IMG/VR virus record: IMGVR_UViG_3300001041_000020 | Location: 7,709-71,708 of that record | Reading direction: 5' to 3' (one strand) | Length of the DNA: 64,000 bases | Source of the DNA: a virus | Shown: piece by piece, positions 1 to 10,141 of the stretch | Numbering within the stretch: position 1 is the first letter of the stretch | Layout of the letters: each line of letters begins with the position of its first letter | Notes under the pieces: model-generated | The model's database searches: none | What the model was told of the DNA's origin: nothing | Seen by the model: only the letters and a program-made list of their open reading frames with translations | Program-made: the position numbers and the translations under genes

Positions 1-32
1 AACCCACTTGTATTGCACCCTCATCGAAGAAG

Positions 33-479
33 GTGTTTACAATGAGTAGCGTTTCCAGAATGAGTGGCGGCAATTTCGAAATACAAGGTTCTACCGAATT
101 TGAACGAGAACTTCTGCGAGTTATCGGTAAGAAGTATCCTGCGGAAGCCAAAAAGTTTATTCGTAGACAAGCCAATGACGTAAGGAATTTGGCGAGAAAA
201 AACACACCGAAAAGAACCGGATACACAAGAGGACACTGGAAGGTATACGTGAAGGGTAAGAAAACTGTAACTGCCAACTTTTTTGAGGGTAAAGTAACGA
301 ACTATGCCGAGCTATCTCATCTACTCGAAAACGGGCACGAAATTAAAAACCAATACGGAGAATACGGGTTCGAACCCGGGGTGCATATGCTGGAAAATGC
401 CGTCCTCGTAAAGGAGTTGGAATTCGACAGAGAGTTGGAAGTTTTTATCGCAAGAACCTTGGAGGAGCTAAAGGTATGA
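33..479 (+). CDS. HK97 gp10-like tail completion protein
   Basis: TPKRTGY...W and LLENGH motifs; position before tail terminator. Confidence 0.8.
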   Translation: MFTMSSVSRMSGGNFEIQGSTEFERELLRVIGKKYPAEAKKFIRRQANDVRNLARKNTPKRTGYTRGHWKVYVKGKKTVTANFFEGKVTNYAELSHLLENGHEIKNQYGEYGFEPGVHMLENAVLVKELEFDRELEVFIARTLEELKV

Positions 480-955
480 TTGGCTATGTCGATATCAAAA
501 AATCTGTAGCTGATGTCTTGAAAGCTAAAGTAAGCTCAACAAAAGTGCTACCTACCGAGGAATTAAGCGGGTTTAGTAAACCTGCTTTTTTCGTACAAAT
601 AGTGCCTATTAGCGATAGTGCCTTTATCGACTACGAAGAAAAGCTGCTAACCATCAACATCCACTACTTTTCAGCAGAAAAAACCGATACCGCTAACCTA
701 ATAATGCTTGACCAACTAAACAAAGTTTTCTTCAACACTGTGAAAATCGGGGATCGCGTAATCACCCTGAAATCGAAGCGCCACGTAATCGCCGACAACG
801 TCTTGCAGTTTAAGTTTGAGCTTGAATTTTCTAATGACGTTGACGTTGTGGAGATCAATGGCGAGTGGGTAATGTCAACTAAGTTCGACGAAACCTTAGG
901 ATACACGGAAGAAACCATTGAACTCATGCAAGAATTAGAACTCAAGGAGGAATAG
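476..955 (+). CDS. Tail terminator-like protein (XkdJ/DUF6838-like)
   Basis: GFSKPAFFVQI motif; precedes sheath. Confidence 0.7.
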   Translation: MIGYVDIKKSVADVLKAKVSSTKVLPTEELSGFSKPAFFVQIVPISDSAFIDYEEKLLTINIHYFSAEKTDTANLIMLDQLNKVFFNTVKIGDRVITLKSKRHVIADNVLQFKFELEFSNDVDVVEINGEWVMSTKFDETLGYTEETIELMQELELKEE

Positions 956-959
956 AACT

Positions 960-2024
960 ATGGGATTGCCTGAGATAAATATCGCGTTCCAAACCTTGGC
1001 AGTAACGGCGATCGCCAGAAGCGCGAGGGGAATAGTCTCCTTAATCTTAAAGGACTCAACAGTTATCACATTCGATACTAAAATCTATACGGACGTGTCG
1101 CAGATCGACCCTGACGATTGGACAGCAGACAATCTTGATTACATCCAAAAGACGTTTCTTGGGCTTCCGGTAATGGTCATTGTTGAAAGAATCGCCTCAG
1201 ACGCAGTGAATTACACCGCAGCCTTGGCAAGGTTGATCAATAAGAAGTGGAATTACCTGGCCGTACCAGCTATCGAGACTGGCGACGTAGCAACGATCTC
1301 CACTTGGATCAAGGCACGCAGGGACACTGATAAAAAGACGTTCAAGGCCGTCTTACCTGCTAGTGTTTCAGACCACGAGGGGGTCGTAAACTTCACCGGG
1401 ACAGGCATTGTCGTGGGGTCAGATACTTATACGACTGCCGAATACTGCTGCAGGATTGCAGGGATACTGGCTGGACTACCTTTCACCAGAAGCTCAACTT
1501 ACTACATCCTTACCGAGGTGGATAGCATCACCGAAACGGCTACACCTGACGCCGACATTGATGCCGGAAAACTCATCTTAGTCAATGATGGAGAGAACAT
1601 CAAGGTTGGTCGAGGTGTGAACAGCCTAACCACCACAACGGTAACCAAAGGTGCCAAGTTTAAGAAGATCAAGATCATGGAAGCAATCGATCTTATGCGC
1701 GATGACATTCGGAACACCTTTGCGGCGGAGTATGTCGGAAAGGTTAACAACTTCTATGACAACAAGGTTTTGTTCTTGACAGCCGTTAACGCTTACCTTA
1801 AAGGCCTTCAAGGCGACGAAGTCTTAGACCCGAATTTTACCGCGCTTGCTGAAATTGACGTGGATGCGCAAGAGTTGTACCTTCAATCGGTTGGCACTGA
1901 TACCAGCACATTAACCGCAGCGCAGATCAAGGAATACAACACCGGGAGCAAGGTCTTTCTCAAGGCGAGTGGAAGCCCCTTGGACGCCATGGAAGACCTC
2001 GACTTCTCGATGTTGATCGTATAG
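960..2024 (+). CDS. Contractile tail sheath protein (XkdK-like)
   Basis: MGLPEINIAF start, GRGVNSLTT, C-terminal DAMEDL typical of clostridial sheaths. Confidence 0.92.
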   Translation: MGLPEINIAFQTLAVTAIARSARGIVSLILKDSTVITFDTKIYTDVSQIDPDDWTADNLDYIQKTFLGLPVMVIVERIASDAVNYTAALARLINKKWNYLAVPAIETGDVATISTWIKARRDTDKKTFKAVLPASVSDHEGVVNFTGTGIVVGSDTYTTAEYCCRIAGILAGLPFTRSSTYYILTEVDSITETATPDADIDAGKLILVNDGENIKVGRGVNSLTTTTVTKGAKFKKIKIMEAIDLMRDDIRNTFAAEYVGKVNNFYDNKVLFLTAVNAYLKGLQGDEVLDPNFTALAEIDVDAQELYLQSVGTDTSTLTAAQIKEYNTGSKVFLKASGSPLDAMEDLDFSMLIV

Positions 2025-2036
2025 GAGGTGTAGAGC

Positions 2037-2480
2037 GTGACGAAACTCAGAGGGAATAGGCAGATCAACGGGTCGTGGGGGCAGTTGTGGTTAGATGGCG
2101 AATTAGTCTTTGAGGTAGAATCCTTCGAAGCAAAGGTAACAGCCAACAGGGAAACTGTAATTATTGGCATGGATGAGGACTCTAAACTAGTCGGGCTAAA
2201 GGGCGAAGGAACGTTTAAGGTAAAAAAAGTATTCGACCGGGGAAAGAAAAAGTTGCTAGATGCTTGGAAAAGAGGCGAAGATCCGCGCAGTACGTTGGTC
2301 AGTAAACTTAAGGATCCCGACACGGTTGGCAAACAATCCTCTCGGGTTAGTATTGGTAACGTTTGGTTTGACGAATTGACTCTAATGCAATTCGAGCAAG
2401 CCAAGAAACTAGAAGATGAGTACAAGTTTGGATTTACCCCGAGTGATGCCGACTTTATCGATACCATTGACGTTCAATAA
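2037..2480 (+). CDS. Tail tube protein (XkdM-like)
   Basis: INGSWGQLWLDG, SKLKDPD, FTPSD; follows sheath. Confidence 0.9.
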   Translation: MTKLRGNRQINGSWGQLWLDGELVFEVESFEAKVTANRETVIIGMDEDSKLVGLKGEGTFKVKKVFDRGKKKLLDAWKRGEDPRSTLVSKLKDPDTVGKQSSRVSIGNVWFDELTLMQFEQAKKLEDEYKFGFTPSDADFIDTIDVQ

Positions 2481-2507
2481 AAAAAACAAGAGGGGGATGG
2501 AATTACC

Positions 2508-2885
2508 ATGGAAGCAAAGGAAAAACTAAGCATTGGTGATTTGATTGCAAATGCAGATAAGATTAAGGCTAAAAGAACTGAAACTAGGGAGCTATATATC
2601 AAGTCCATGGACGCTACAGTAACTATTAGAAAACCAAGCCATACCGATATTCTGGATAGCCATGATCTAGGGAAAACAGACGGAAACCTCTTTCTGGTTT
2701 ACGAGTGCGTTACAGAACCGAATTTTAAAGACACAGCCTTGCAAGCTGCATACGGGGCAACCGGATATGAGGTATTAAATCAAATAATGGACTCTGGGGA
2801 AATTGATAACATCGCGAAGGAACTAATCAACTTCTGTGGCTACGGAAAAGGCTATGTAAGCATTGTAGAAGCAGTAAAAAACTAA
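2508..2885 (+). CDS. Tail assembly chaperone (XkdN-like)
   Basis: VTEPNFKD motif; ends VKN on a slippery site. Confidence 0.85.
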   Translation: MEAKEKLSIGDLIANADKIKAKRTETRELYIKSMDATVTIRKPSHTDILDSHDLGKTDGNLFLVYECVTEPNFKDTALQAAYGATGYEVLNQIMDSGEIDNIAKELINFCGYGKGYVSIVEAVKN

Positions 2886-3064
2886 TAAAAGGTAATTCAG
2901 AGTTGCGCCTTGTGCATTATTATCTGCAGAAGGGAAAAGACTTGGATTACCTTTTGAATTTATCTACTAAAGAAAAGATTTTCCTTGCGGCAAGCATGGA
3001 TTTGGCCTTTGATGAAAAGGTGGAAGAATGGAAGCGAGGTCACTTGGTCTATTTTGGTAAGTGA
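2876..3064 (+). CDS. -1 frameshift extension of tail chaperone (lambda gpGT-like)
   Basis: Slippery A AAA AAC at 2876-2882; -1 frame open 60 more codons (LIKGNSELRLVHYYLQKG...YFGK) to TGA 3062-3064. Confidence 0.8.
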   Translation, partial: KKLIKGNSELRLVHYYLQKGKDLDYLLNLSTKEKIFLAASMDLAFDEKVEEWKRGHLVYFGK

Positions 3065-3094
3065 TCCCGCCTCTTTTAAGAAGGGGGGTAAGTC

Positions 3095-3322
3095 GTGAAA
3101 GATTTACCCGAATTAAAGGTTAGAATCGCTATCGATGCTGTAGACGCATTCGAGACTTTAACAAAATTAAAAACCAAGCTAGAAGAGATCCTGCTCCTTG
3201 AGAAAGAGATAACAGAACTAAGAGTACACGCTGTAACCATGAATGTAGCAGATGGATTATCGGTCGAAACTATTGCGAATCAAATAGTTGAACGCCTTAG
3301 CGAGACCCCAATTGCTTACTGA
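3095..3322 (+). CDS. Small hypothetical protein between chaperone and tape measure
   Basis: GTG start after G-rich RBS; 75 aa. Confidence 0.55.
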   Translation: MKDLPELKVRIAIDAVDAFETLTKLKTKLEEILLLEKEITELRVHAVTMNVADGLSVETIANQIVERLSETPIAY

Positions 3323-3337
3323 TGATGAGGTGGCATT

Positions 3338-5287
3338 ATGGCAGACCATGAAATAGGGGCTATCCTGACGCTTAGAGATAACATGAGCGCCACGCTCAGA
3401 GGTGTAAGGCGTGAACAGTCTGCGTTTAGGCAAGACGCTAGGGAAACGCAGGAAACTATGCGCGAGCCAATGGATTTTAGGGTAAACGTAGCTTCTGCAG
3501 CAAGTGCCATTGCAGGAATTGGTTTAGCAGTGGGCGCAGTAGCCTTGGCAGCTGGTGGACTTGCAGTCAGTTTTGGTGATGACCTGCAGAAATCCCTTAA
3601 TGGAGTGCAGTCCGCAACAGGTGCAACAGATGAAGTAATGGCGGGCATGGAAGATACCTTGTTGGCTATTTACAATAACAACTTCGGAGAGAACTTTGAG
3701 GAAATAGGCGCCGCAATGAGCCTCGTTAATCAGCAAACTGGCCTTACTGAAGGAGCCCTGCAGGGTGTCACGGAAAACGCTTTAGCCATCAAGGACACGT
3801 TTGGAATTGAAGTAGCCGACAGCATCAAAGGTGCTAATCAGCTCATGAAGCAATTCGGAATGGATGGAACGGCAGCGTATAACCTTATCGCCCAAGGAGC
3901 CCAAGGTGGACTAGACGCTAATGGAGATTTAGTTGATACCTTGCGCGAATACTCAGGCACGTTCGCCGCGCAAGGATTCAGCGCCGAAGAAATGTTCGAT
4001 ATGTTGTCTAACGCCTCTAAGTCGGGTATTCGAGATTTGGATTTGGCCGCAGACGCAATCAAAGAGTTTGGGATAAGAAGCGTTGATGGGAGCTCAACTT
4101 CAGCAGCGGGATTTGAAGCTTTGGGACTTAACGCCGCCTCAATGACTAAAGCGTTCGCCACTGGTGGTGATGAGGCAAAAGCTGCCTTCACGAAAACCAC
4201 CACCGCGCTACTCGCAATGAAGAACCCGGTCGAACAAAATGCCGCAGGCGTTGCCTTATTCGGTACCCAATTTGAGGATATGGGGATCAAGGGAATAACG
4301 GCTCTGGTCAACACTAAAGGGGCAATAGACGAAACTACAGACGCGCTTGGTAAAATAAATGCGGTCAAATATAATACCTTCGGAGAGGCTATGGAAGGCA
4401 TCAAGAGGAAGCTTTTAACGGGATTGTTACTTCCTCTTGATGAGAAGATAACACCGTCACTGAACGCATTCGCTGGATTGATCGATACTAATATGCCAGA
4501 GATTCAGAACGAGATCGAGTACGCATTTAACGTAGCAGGGGATGCCATCGGAAGTGTTGGAGATACCCTGCAGGAAACAAAGGATTTTTTTAGTGACCAT
4601 TGGAGCGTAGTATCTCCCATACTTGGCGGGATAGCAGCAGGGGCGGGAGCGTATTATTTAATTACAGGAGCCACTAAAGCATGGAGCGCAGCAACTAAGC
4701 TAGCAGCAATAGCTCAAACAGGGTTAAATATTGCTATGAATCTAAGCCCGATGGGTAAAACAATTGCTGTTGTCAGTCTATTAGTAGCTGCTGGTATTGC
4801 CTTGTATCAAAACTGGGACACAGTAAGTTCTGTATTAAAAAATACATGGATAGACATAGGAAACTTCTTTAAAACGGGCGTAAACGAGGTAATAGGTCTG
4901 GTAAATAAATTAATTGATGGGATCAATCTTGTTAAAACTACAAAACTCCCACACATTGAAACGCTAGAAATGACCGCCAAGCCAATAGATCGGGCAGGTT
5001 TCGCTGCACTTAAAGGGGATAATATTGACGGAACCTTAGCAACAGGCCTAGACTACGTACCCTTCGATGGTTACATCGCCAAGCTCCACAAGGGAGAACG
5101 AGTGCAAACCGCCAGCGAGAACCCTTACAACGGGGGAAGTGGATCATCGGGCACCAAATCAAGCAGCAGAAGTATCTCTATCGCAAAGTTAGCCGATACG
5201 ATCATAGTTCGTGAAGAAGCAGATATTGACAAGATCGTAGATAGAATAATGATTAAGGTGGATGAGGCAGCTGTAAATACGCTTTAG
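3338..5287 (+). CDS. Tape measure protein
   Basis: Ala/Gly-rich helical, ALFGTQFED, C-terminal LHKGERV. Confidence 0.92.
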   Translation: MADHEIGAILTLRDNMSATLRGVRREQSAFRQDARETQETMREPMDFRVNVASAASAIAGIGLAVGAVALAAGGLAVSFGDDLQKSLNGVQSATGATDEVMAGMEDTLLAIYNNNFGENFEEIGAAMSLVNQQTGLTEGALQGVTENALAIKDTFGIEVADSIKGANQLMKQFGMDGTAAYNLIAQGAQGGLDANGDLVDTLREYSGTFAAQGFSAEEMFDMLSNASKSGIRDLDLAADAIKEFGIRSVDGSSTSAAGFEALGLNAASMTKAFATGGDEAKAAFTKTTTALLAMKNPVEQNAAGVALFGTQFEDMGIKGITALVNTKGAIDETTDALGKINAVKYNTFGEAMEGIKRKLLTGLLLPLDEKITPSLNAFAGLIDTNMPEIQNEIEYAFNVAGDAIGSVGDTLQETKDFFSDHWSVVSPILGGIAAGAGAYYLITGATKAWSAATKLAAIAQTGLNIAMNLSPMGKTIAVVSLLVAAGIALYQNWDTVSSVLKNTWIDIGNFFKTGVNEVIGLVNKLIDGINLVKTTKLPHIETLEMTAKPIDRAGFAALKGDNIDGTLATGLDYVPFDGYIAKLHKGERVQTASENPYNGGSGSSGTKSSSRSISIAKLADTIIVREEADIDKIVDRIMIKVDEAAVNTL

Positions 5288-5304
5288 AGGGAGGGGATGC
5301 AGTA

Positions 5305-5706
5305 ATGGAATTTTGGCTAATACAAGGAAATGAAAAATTACAACTCCCCGTTCCCCCTCCGAATTATGCCATTAAAAAAGCTCTGAACAACGGCACCGTT
5401 GTCGTCGAGGGTATAGGTGAGGTAAGTTTTATCGGAAAACCAAAATTGGCAGAGATACCGACAATTCAATCCTTCTTTCCAAGGCGAGTTTATAGTTTTT
5501 GTCAGTACAAAACATTCCCAACTCCTAAAGAATGTACGGATCTCATTGAAAAGTGGATGGCAAGCGGGAAACCGATTAGATACTTAGTAACAGGTGCCTT
5601 AAATATAGAGTGTAGTATCGAAAGCTTTGAATATGGCGTGCGCGATGGAACAGGCGATGTTTATTTCAGCTTGGAACTAAAAGAATACAAGGTGATCACT
5701 CTATGA
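5305..5706 (+). CDS. Tail tube initiator (XkdP-like, no LysM domain)
   Basis: LQLPVPP, QSFFP, DVYFSLELKEYK. Confidence 0.8.
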   Translation: MEFWLIQGNEKLQLPVPPPNYAIKKALNNGTVVVEGIGEVSFIGKPKLAEIPTIQSFFPRRVYSFCQYKTFPTPKECTDLIEKWMASGKPIRYLVTGALNIECSIESFEYGVRDGTGDVYFSLELKEYKVITL

Positions 5707-6674
5707 TTAAACTCTACAGTATTTACAATGGTGTCGCGACTGACATTACTAACGTAATTAAAAGCATAAGTTGCTCAGGAGATAAAGCGCAAGCAGCGAG
5801 AAAGCTTGGCATCACACTTGCCTACCCTATCTGGGATAGGAATCAACCAAGGGCACAGATAACACCTGGCACAAAGGTCTGGTTGCTGCTGGATGGCAAG
5901 GAAATTTTCAGGGGCGTAGTTTGGGATAGAGAGATAAATTCTGCCGGTGAAGATCTAACTCTTACAGCCTTTGACTATTTAATCTACCTCACGAAATCCA
6001 AGGTAACCTATAACTTTGTGAACATCACTCCGGAAGATGCAACTCGGAAAATATGTGATGAGCTTGGAGTGGAAACAGGAGATCTTGCAAGCACAGGAAT
6101 TACAGTCAATCGGCTCATTGCGCAAAAAACAGGCTACGATGCCATTGTTGAAATGTATGCCCAGGCATCAAAGACAAATGGTAAAAAGTACATTCCGGTT
6201 ATGGATGGCACAAAGTTGAGCGTGATCGAAAAGGGCAAGGTTGCTGCCGATTATACCTTGCGATCCAAGCTAGATGGCGTTGGCAATAACATCATGAGCA
6301 CAAGTTACCGCGACACAATGGACGGAATGATTAACAAAGTGAAAATCTATGACGATAAAAATAATTATGTATCCGAGGTTAGCAACGGAGATTGGATTAG
6401 CGAGTATGGCTTAATACAAGATAACTACACCAAAGAGGCAGACAAGGATAGCATCGCGGTCGCTAACGGAATGCTGGCCGGCATACAACGTGACGTAACT
6501 ATACCAGCCTTAGGGAACTGGGCTTGCAGGGCAGGATACGCCGTGAACACCGAAATAGATTACATTAGCACTTTACAAAATGCAGTTATGTTTATTGATA
6601 GCGACACCCACACGTGGGAGCCTGGCACTGGAAAATATACTATGAGCTTGAACTTGAGCTTCGGGAACGAGTAA
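5703..6674 (+). CDS. Baseplate hub protein (XkdQ/YqbQ-like)
   Basis: SGDKAQAARKL, AFDYLIYL; position. Confidence 0.85.
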   Translation: MIKLYSIYNGVATDITNVIKSISCSGDKAQAARKLGITLAYPIWDRNQPRAQITPGTKVWLLLDGKEIFRGVVWDREINSAGEDLTLTAFDYLIYLTKSKVTYNFVNITPEDATRKICDELGVETGDLASTGITVNRLIAQKTGYDAIVEMYAQASKTNGKKYIPVMDGTKLSVIEKGKVAADYTLRSKLDGVGNNIMSTSYRDTMDGMINKVKIYDDKNNYVSEVSNGDWISEYGLIQDNYTKEADKDSIAVANGMLAGIQRDVTIPALGNWACRAGYAVNTEIDYISTLQNAVMFIDSDTHTWEPGTGKYTMSLNLSFGNE

Positions 6675-6685
6675 GGGGTGATATT

Positions 6686-7087
6686 GTGAATAACCCATAT
6701 AGCAGACTCATAAACCATATGAGAACTCAAGGTGCAAAACTAAACACCCCTTATGTCCAAATTGGTGTAGTTGTATCAGCGGAACCATTGGCCATTAAGC
6801 TGGGGGATCTGCAGATTGGCAAGGAAAACCTCTTGATCGCGGATCACTTACTGCCGAGCTATACGAGGAAGGTTAGTATCCCCCTCACGGATGGCGAAGG
6901 GGTTATGAGTTCTGAGAGCGTAGGGGATCACGGTTCCCATACCCATGAAATATCCAAATTAGGAATTACCGAGGGAGATATTATCTTAACGGATGGACTC
7001 AAGGTGGATGATGTTGTTGCCCTGACACCAGCGCTAGAATTAGACGGACAGATATACATCGTTTTAGCAAGGTTGGTTAGCCCATGA
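6686..7087 (+). CDS. Baseplate spike-like protein (DUF2577/XkdR-like)
   Basis: IGVVVSAEPLAIK and HxHxH motif; GTG start at 6686 after AAGGGGTG. Confidence 0.8.
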   Translation: MNNPYSRLINHMRTQGAKLNTPYVQIGVVVSAEPLAIKLGDLQIGKENLLIADHLLPSYTRKVSIPLTDGEGVMSSESVGDHGSHTHEISKLGITEGDIILTDGLKVDDVVALTPALELDGQIYIVLARLVSP

Positions 7088-7521
7088 GCATATTTCCGTC
7101 AGAGACCGTAACCATCAGCACTCTTATCCAGGCCACGGTGACAGCCTCGACTGAGCTACCACTTGCGAAGGAATATGCATGGGATTACGACCTTAACGAT
7201 TTCCTGTTGATCGATGGTAAAAATGTCATAGTAACAGGCAGGGAAGCGGTTAAAGTGTGGATATGGAAAGTCCTAAAGACCAAGAAAAACAGGTACCGGG
7301 CCTATACTGGAAACTACGGCAACGAGCTTGAATCCCTAATCAACCAAGGTCTTTCAACCGGGGCCTTAAGGTCTGAGTTAGAAAGATACCTTAAAGAGTC
7401 ATTACTGGTTAATGCGTATATCACGGGCATTAAGGATATTGAAATCACCGTAGACGGTAGCATTACAGGCGTTAGTTTTACGGCAACAACAGTTTACGGG
7501 GATGTGATAGTTAGTGTATAG
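7084..7521 (+). CDS. Baseplate wedge/sheath initiator (DUF2634/XkdS-like)
   Basis: EYAWDY, EAVKVWIWKVL, YGNELE. Confidence 0.85.
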   Translation: MSIFPSETVTISTLIQATVTASTELPLAKEYAWDYDLNDFLLIDGKNVIVTGREAVKVWIWKVLKTKKNRYRAYTGNYGNELESLINQGLSTGALRSELERYLKESLLVNAYITGIKDIEITVDGSITGVSFTATTVYGDVIVSV

Positions 7522-8587
7522 CGAGACAAGCGTCGTTATTCTGACCAGAATGCTGGGTAACGTTTCCTCTGACATAGACAAGTCGGAGGGTTCTTTAGTT
7601 TATGATGCCCTTTCTCCGGCAAGTATTGAGATCTCCCAGCAGGGGACAAGTCTAGATGCAGTAGCAAGTAAATTTAACATCGAAAATCTATCGGGTGATG
7701 AATTAGCACTCAGGATATACCAGCGTACGGGCAAGACGAGAAACGAAGCAACGTATGCGACTGCAACCGTCACCATAACGGGTACCGGAACTATTAATAT
7801 TGGGGATTTAGCACAAACGCCAGGGGGCATCCGCTTTAAATCTTTAGAACAAAAAGCGATAGTTGTCACTGCTGACGTTGATGTACAGGCGGTCATTGCC
7901 GGAGCTAGTGGCATGATCCCCGCCAATCAGATAACCCAATTCCCTGTTGCAATCGTCGGTCTAGTAAGCGTAACCAATCCGGATCCTACTCAGGACGGCT
8001 TCGATGCTGAAAGCGATGCAGCACTCCTGCAGCGGTACTACGATTACATCCAAGCCCCTGCAACCGGAGGGAATATTGCACAGTTTACGAGTTTAATAAA
8101 GAGTTATGCAGGCGTGGGCGACGTTAAGGTTTACCCGACTTGGAACGGCAATAACACGGTTAAGCTCGTAATAATAGATGCCAATAAGCTGCCACCAAGC
8201 GTTGAGCTCGTTGCTGGGGCCCAGACTTATATGGATCCGGATGTGGGAGGGCTTGGCCTTGGTGCAGCTCCCTTTGGAGCATTTACGACCGTCGAAGGTG
8301 CAGCGGAAAAAACTATTACTGTTGGCTTTACTGCCGTGAAAGATACTAATTACACTGATGAACAAAGGTTAACGAATGTTGAAGCTAGCCTGGTTGCGTA
8401 TTTTAAGTCAATTGCTTACAAAGAAAGCACAGTAAGTTACGCCAAAATCGGTGCAGCCATATTGGCAAGTGCGGGGATACTGGATTATACAGGACTAACG
8501 GTCAATACAGGTACCGCAAATATCGCGCTAAGTTATACGTCGATCTTAACTGAAGCCCCTGTCTTGGGGGTGGTAACGATTGCGTAG
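7514..8587 (+). CDS. Baseplate J protein (XkdT-like)
   Basis: DKSEGS..YDAL, GFDAESDAAL, PTWNGNNTVK. Confidence 0.92.
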   Translation: MYSETSVVILTRMLGNVSSDIDKSEGSLVYDALSPASIEISQQGTSLDAVASKFNIENLSGDELALRIYQRTGKTRNEATYATATVTITGTGTINIGDLAQTPGGIRFKSLEQKAIVVTADVDVQAVIAGASGMIPANQITQFPVAIVGLVSVTNPDPTQDGFDAESDAALLQRYYDYIQAPATGGNIAQFTSLIKSYAGVGDVKVYPTWNGNNTVKLVIIDANKLPPSVELVAGAQTYMDPDVGGLGLGAAPFGAFTTVEGAAEKTITVGFTAVKDTNYTDEQRLTNVEASLVAYFKSIAYKESTVSYAKIGAAILASAGILDYTGLTVNTGTANIALSYTSILTEAPVLGVVTIA

Positions 8588-9128
8588 TGATAATTTAAAG
8601 AGTTATCTGCCGCCATTCTTGAGTAATACCCAACTCTTTACAGAGATATTTAATGCCGAAGGTCAAGAGTTAGACGGTATAGACATTAATCTTGCGGATC
8701 TAAATGCTCAATTCGACGTAGACGCAGCAACCTGGGCCTTAGAAAAATACGAGAAAGAATTAGGCATAGCGACGGATTATACCAAGGCTCTGGATTACCG
8801 GCGGAGCGTTATTAAATCAAAGTGGCGCGGCAGTGGCAAGCTAGACGCTACGCTCATAAAAACTGTTTGTGAGGCCTTTACTAATGGGGATGTTTCAGTA
8901 ACATTCGACGGAACAATTCATGTAAAATTCAACAGCGTCTTGGGTATTCCACCGAACATGGATGACTTAGGAGTTGCGGTAGAACAAATCAAGCCAGCAT
9001 ATTTATTGCTGGATTATTTGTTTACTTACCTTGTCTACAGTGATCTGGTAGCGTGGGGTGGCACTTATGATGATCTAGCAGCAGTGGGGTTAACCTACGA
9101 CGAAATATCTACGTGGACGCCAGTATAA
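8580..9128 (+). CDS. Baseplate protein (DUF2313/XkdU-like)
   Basis: ATWALEKYEKELGI, IKPAYL. Confidence 0.85.
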   Translation: MRSDNLKSYLPPFLSNTQLFTEIFNAEGQELDGIDINLADLNAQFDVDAATWALEKYEKELGIATDYTKALDYRRSVIKSKWRGSGKLDATLIKTVCEAFTNGDVSVTFDGTIHVKFNSVLGIPPNMDDLGVAVEQIKPAYLLLDYLFTYLVYSDLVAWGGTYDDLAAVGLTYDEISTWTPV

Positions 9129-9145
9129 CGAAAGGGGGTACCTAA

Positions 9146-10132
9146 ATGCCTGGGAGTACACCAATTTATAATTTACCGTACCCGTTAGGTAACGAAACGG
9201 CAGATCCACGGGCTGCCGTTCAAGCACTGGCTGAAGCCGTAGAAGGGGCGATACCAGAAATTCCAGCCGTACCAGTAATCAGTGTAAACGGAGAAACGGG
9301 AGCCGTGAGCTTAAGCGCCGCAGACGTAGGCGCAGAAACGCCCACGGGAGCACAGGACAAAGCAGACGCCGCAGCTGCAGCAGGGGTTGCAGCTGCGGGC
9401 GCGGTGCAGGTCGCTCTTACTGAACATTTGGCAGATTATGCGCAGGATACGGGGGTAGCAAATGCTTATCAAATAACTTTAAATCCTGCTCCAGCTGCCT
9501 ATGAGATAGGTAAAATTTATAAGTTTAAAGCTGCTAATGCGAATACAGGAGCATCCACTTTTACAATAGGAGCATTGGCGGCGACAGCAATTAAAAAGAA
9601 GGCTACTGTTGTGCTGGAGACTGGCGATATATTAGCAGGTCAAGTTGTTCCTGTGATGTACGATGGAACTAATTTTCAATTGATACCAATGAACCCGCCT
9701 ACTATAAGTGATGCTTCAACTACCGTAAAGGGAATTGTGCAACTATCAACCTCTACCTCAAGCACAAGCACAACTTTAGCTGCAACCCCAAGTGCGGTAA
9801 AGACAGCTTGTGATTTAGCGGTTAGTGCTACGAATACTGCAAATGCGGCGGGGAAAGTGGTAAGCGGTAGTTATTCCGGCGATGGTACAAATGGGAGAAT
9901 TATAAATCTAGGGTTTAGGCCGAAATTATTAATATTGGGTAGTGTGACAGGTGGATGGGATATAGTTAATGATTTTAATTCTTATGCGCTATTTGTAGGA
10001 GGATCAGCAGGGATTTCACAAAAAGGTCAGTATGGATTTGCGGTTTATTTTGGAAGTACTGGTTTCACTGTAAATGACCTTTACGGGCAGAATACTTCAG
10101 GCACTATTTACTATTATGTCGCAATAGGTTAG
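9146..10132 (+). CDS. Tail fibre / receptor-binding protein
   Basis: SVNGETGAV, tail-fibre repeat DASTTVKGIVQL...AATPSAVK, C-terminal YYYVAIG. Confidence 0.85.
   Translation: MPGSTPIYNLPYPLGNETADPRAAVQALAEAVEGAIPEIPAVPVISVNGETGAVSLSAADVGAETPTGAQDKADAAAAAGVAAAGAVQVALTEHLADYAQDTGVANAYQITLNPAPAAYEIGKIYKFKAANANTGASTFTIGALAATAIKKKATVVLETGDILAGQVVPVMYDGTNFQLIPMNPPTISDASTTVKGIVQLSTSTSSTSTTLAATPSAVKTACDLAVSATNTANAAGKVVSGSYSGDGTNGRIINLGFRPKLLILGSVTGGWDIVNDFNSYALFVGGSAGISQKGQYGFAVYFGSTGFTVNDLYGQNTSGTIYYYVAIG
9419..9446 (+). other. dif-like recombination site inside tail fibre gene
   Basis: ACTGAACATTT-GGCAGA-TTATGCGCAGG; right arm TTATGCGCAG identical to 11817-11826. Confidence 0.55.
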
Positions 10133-10141
10133 GAGGCAGAA

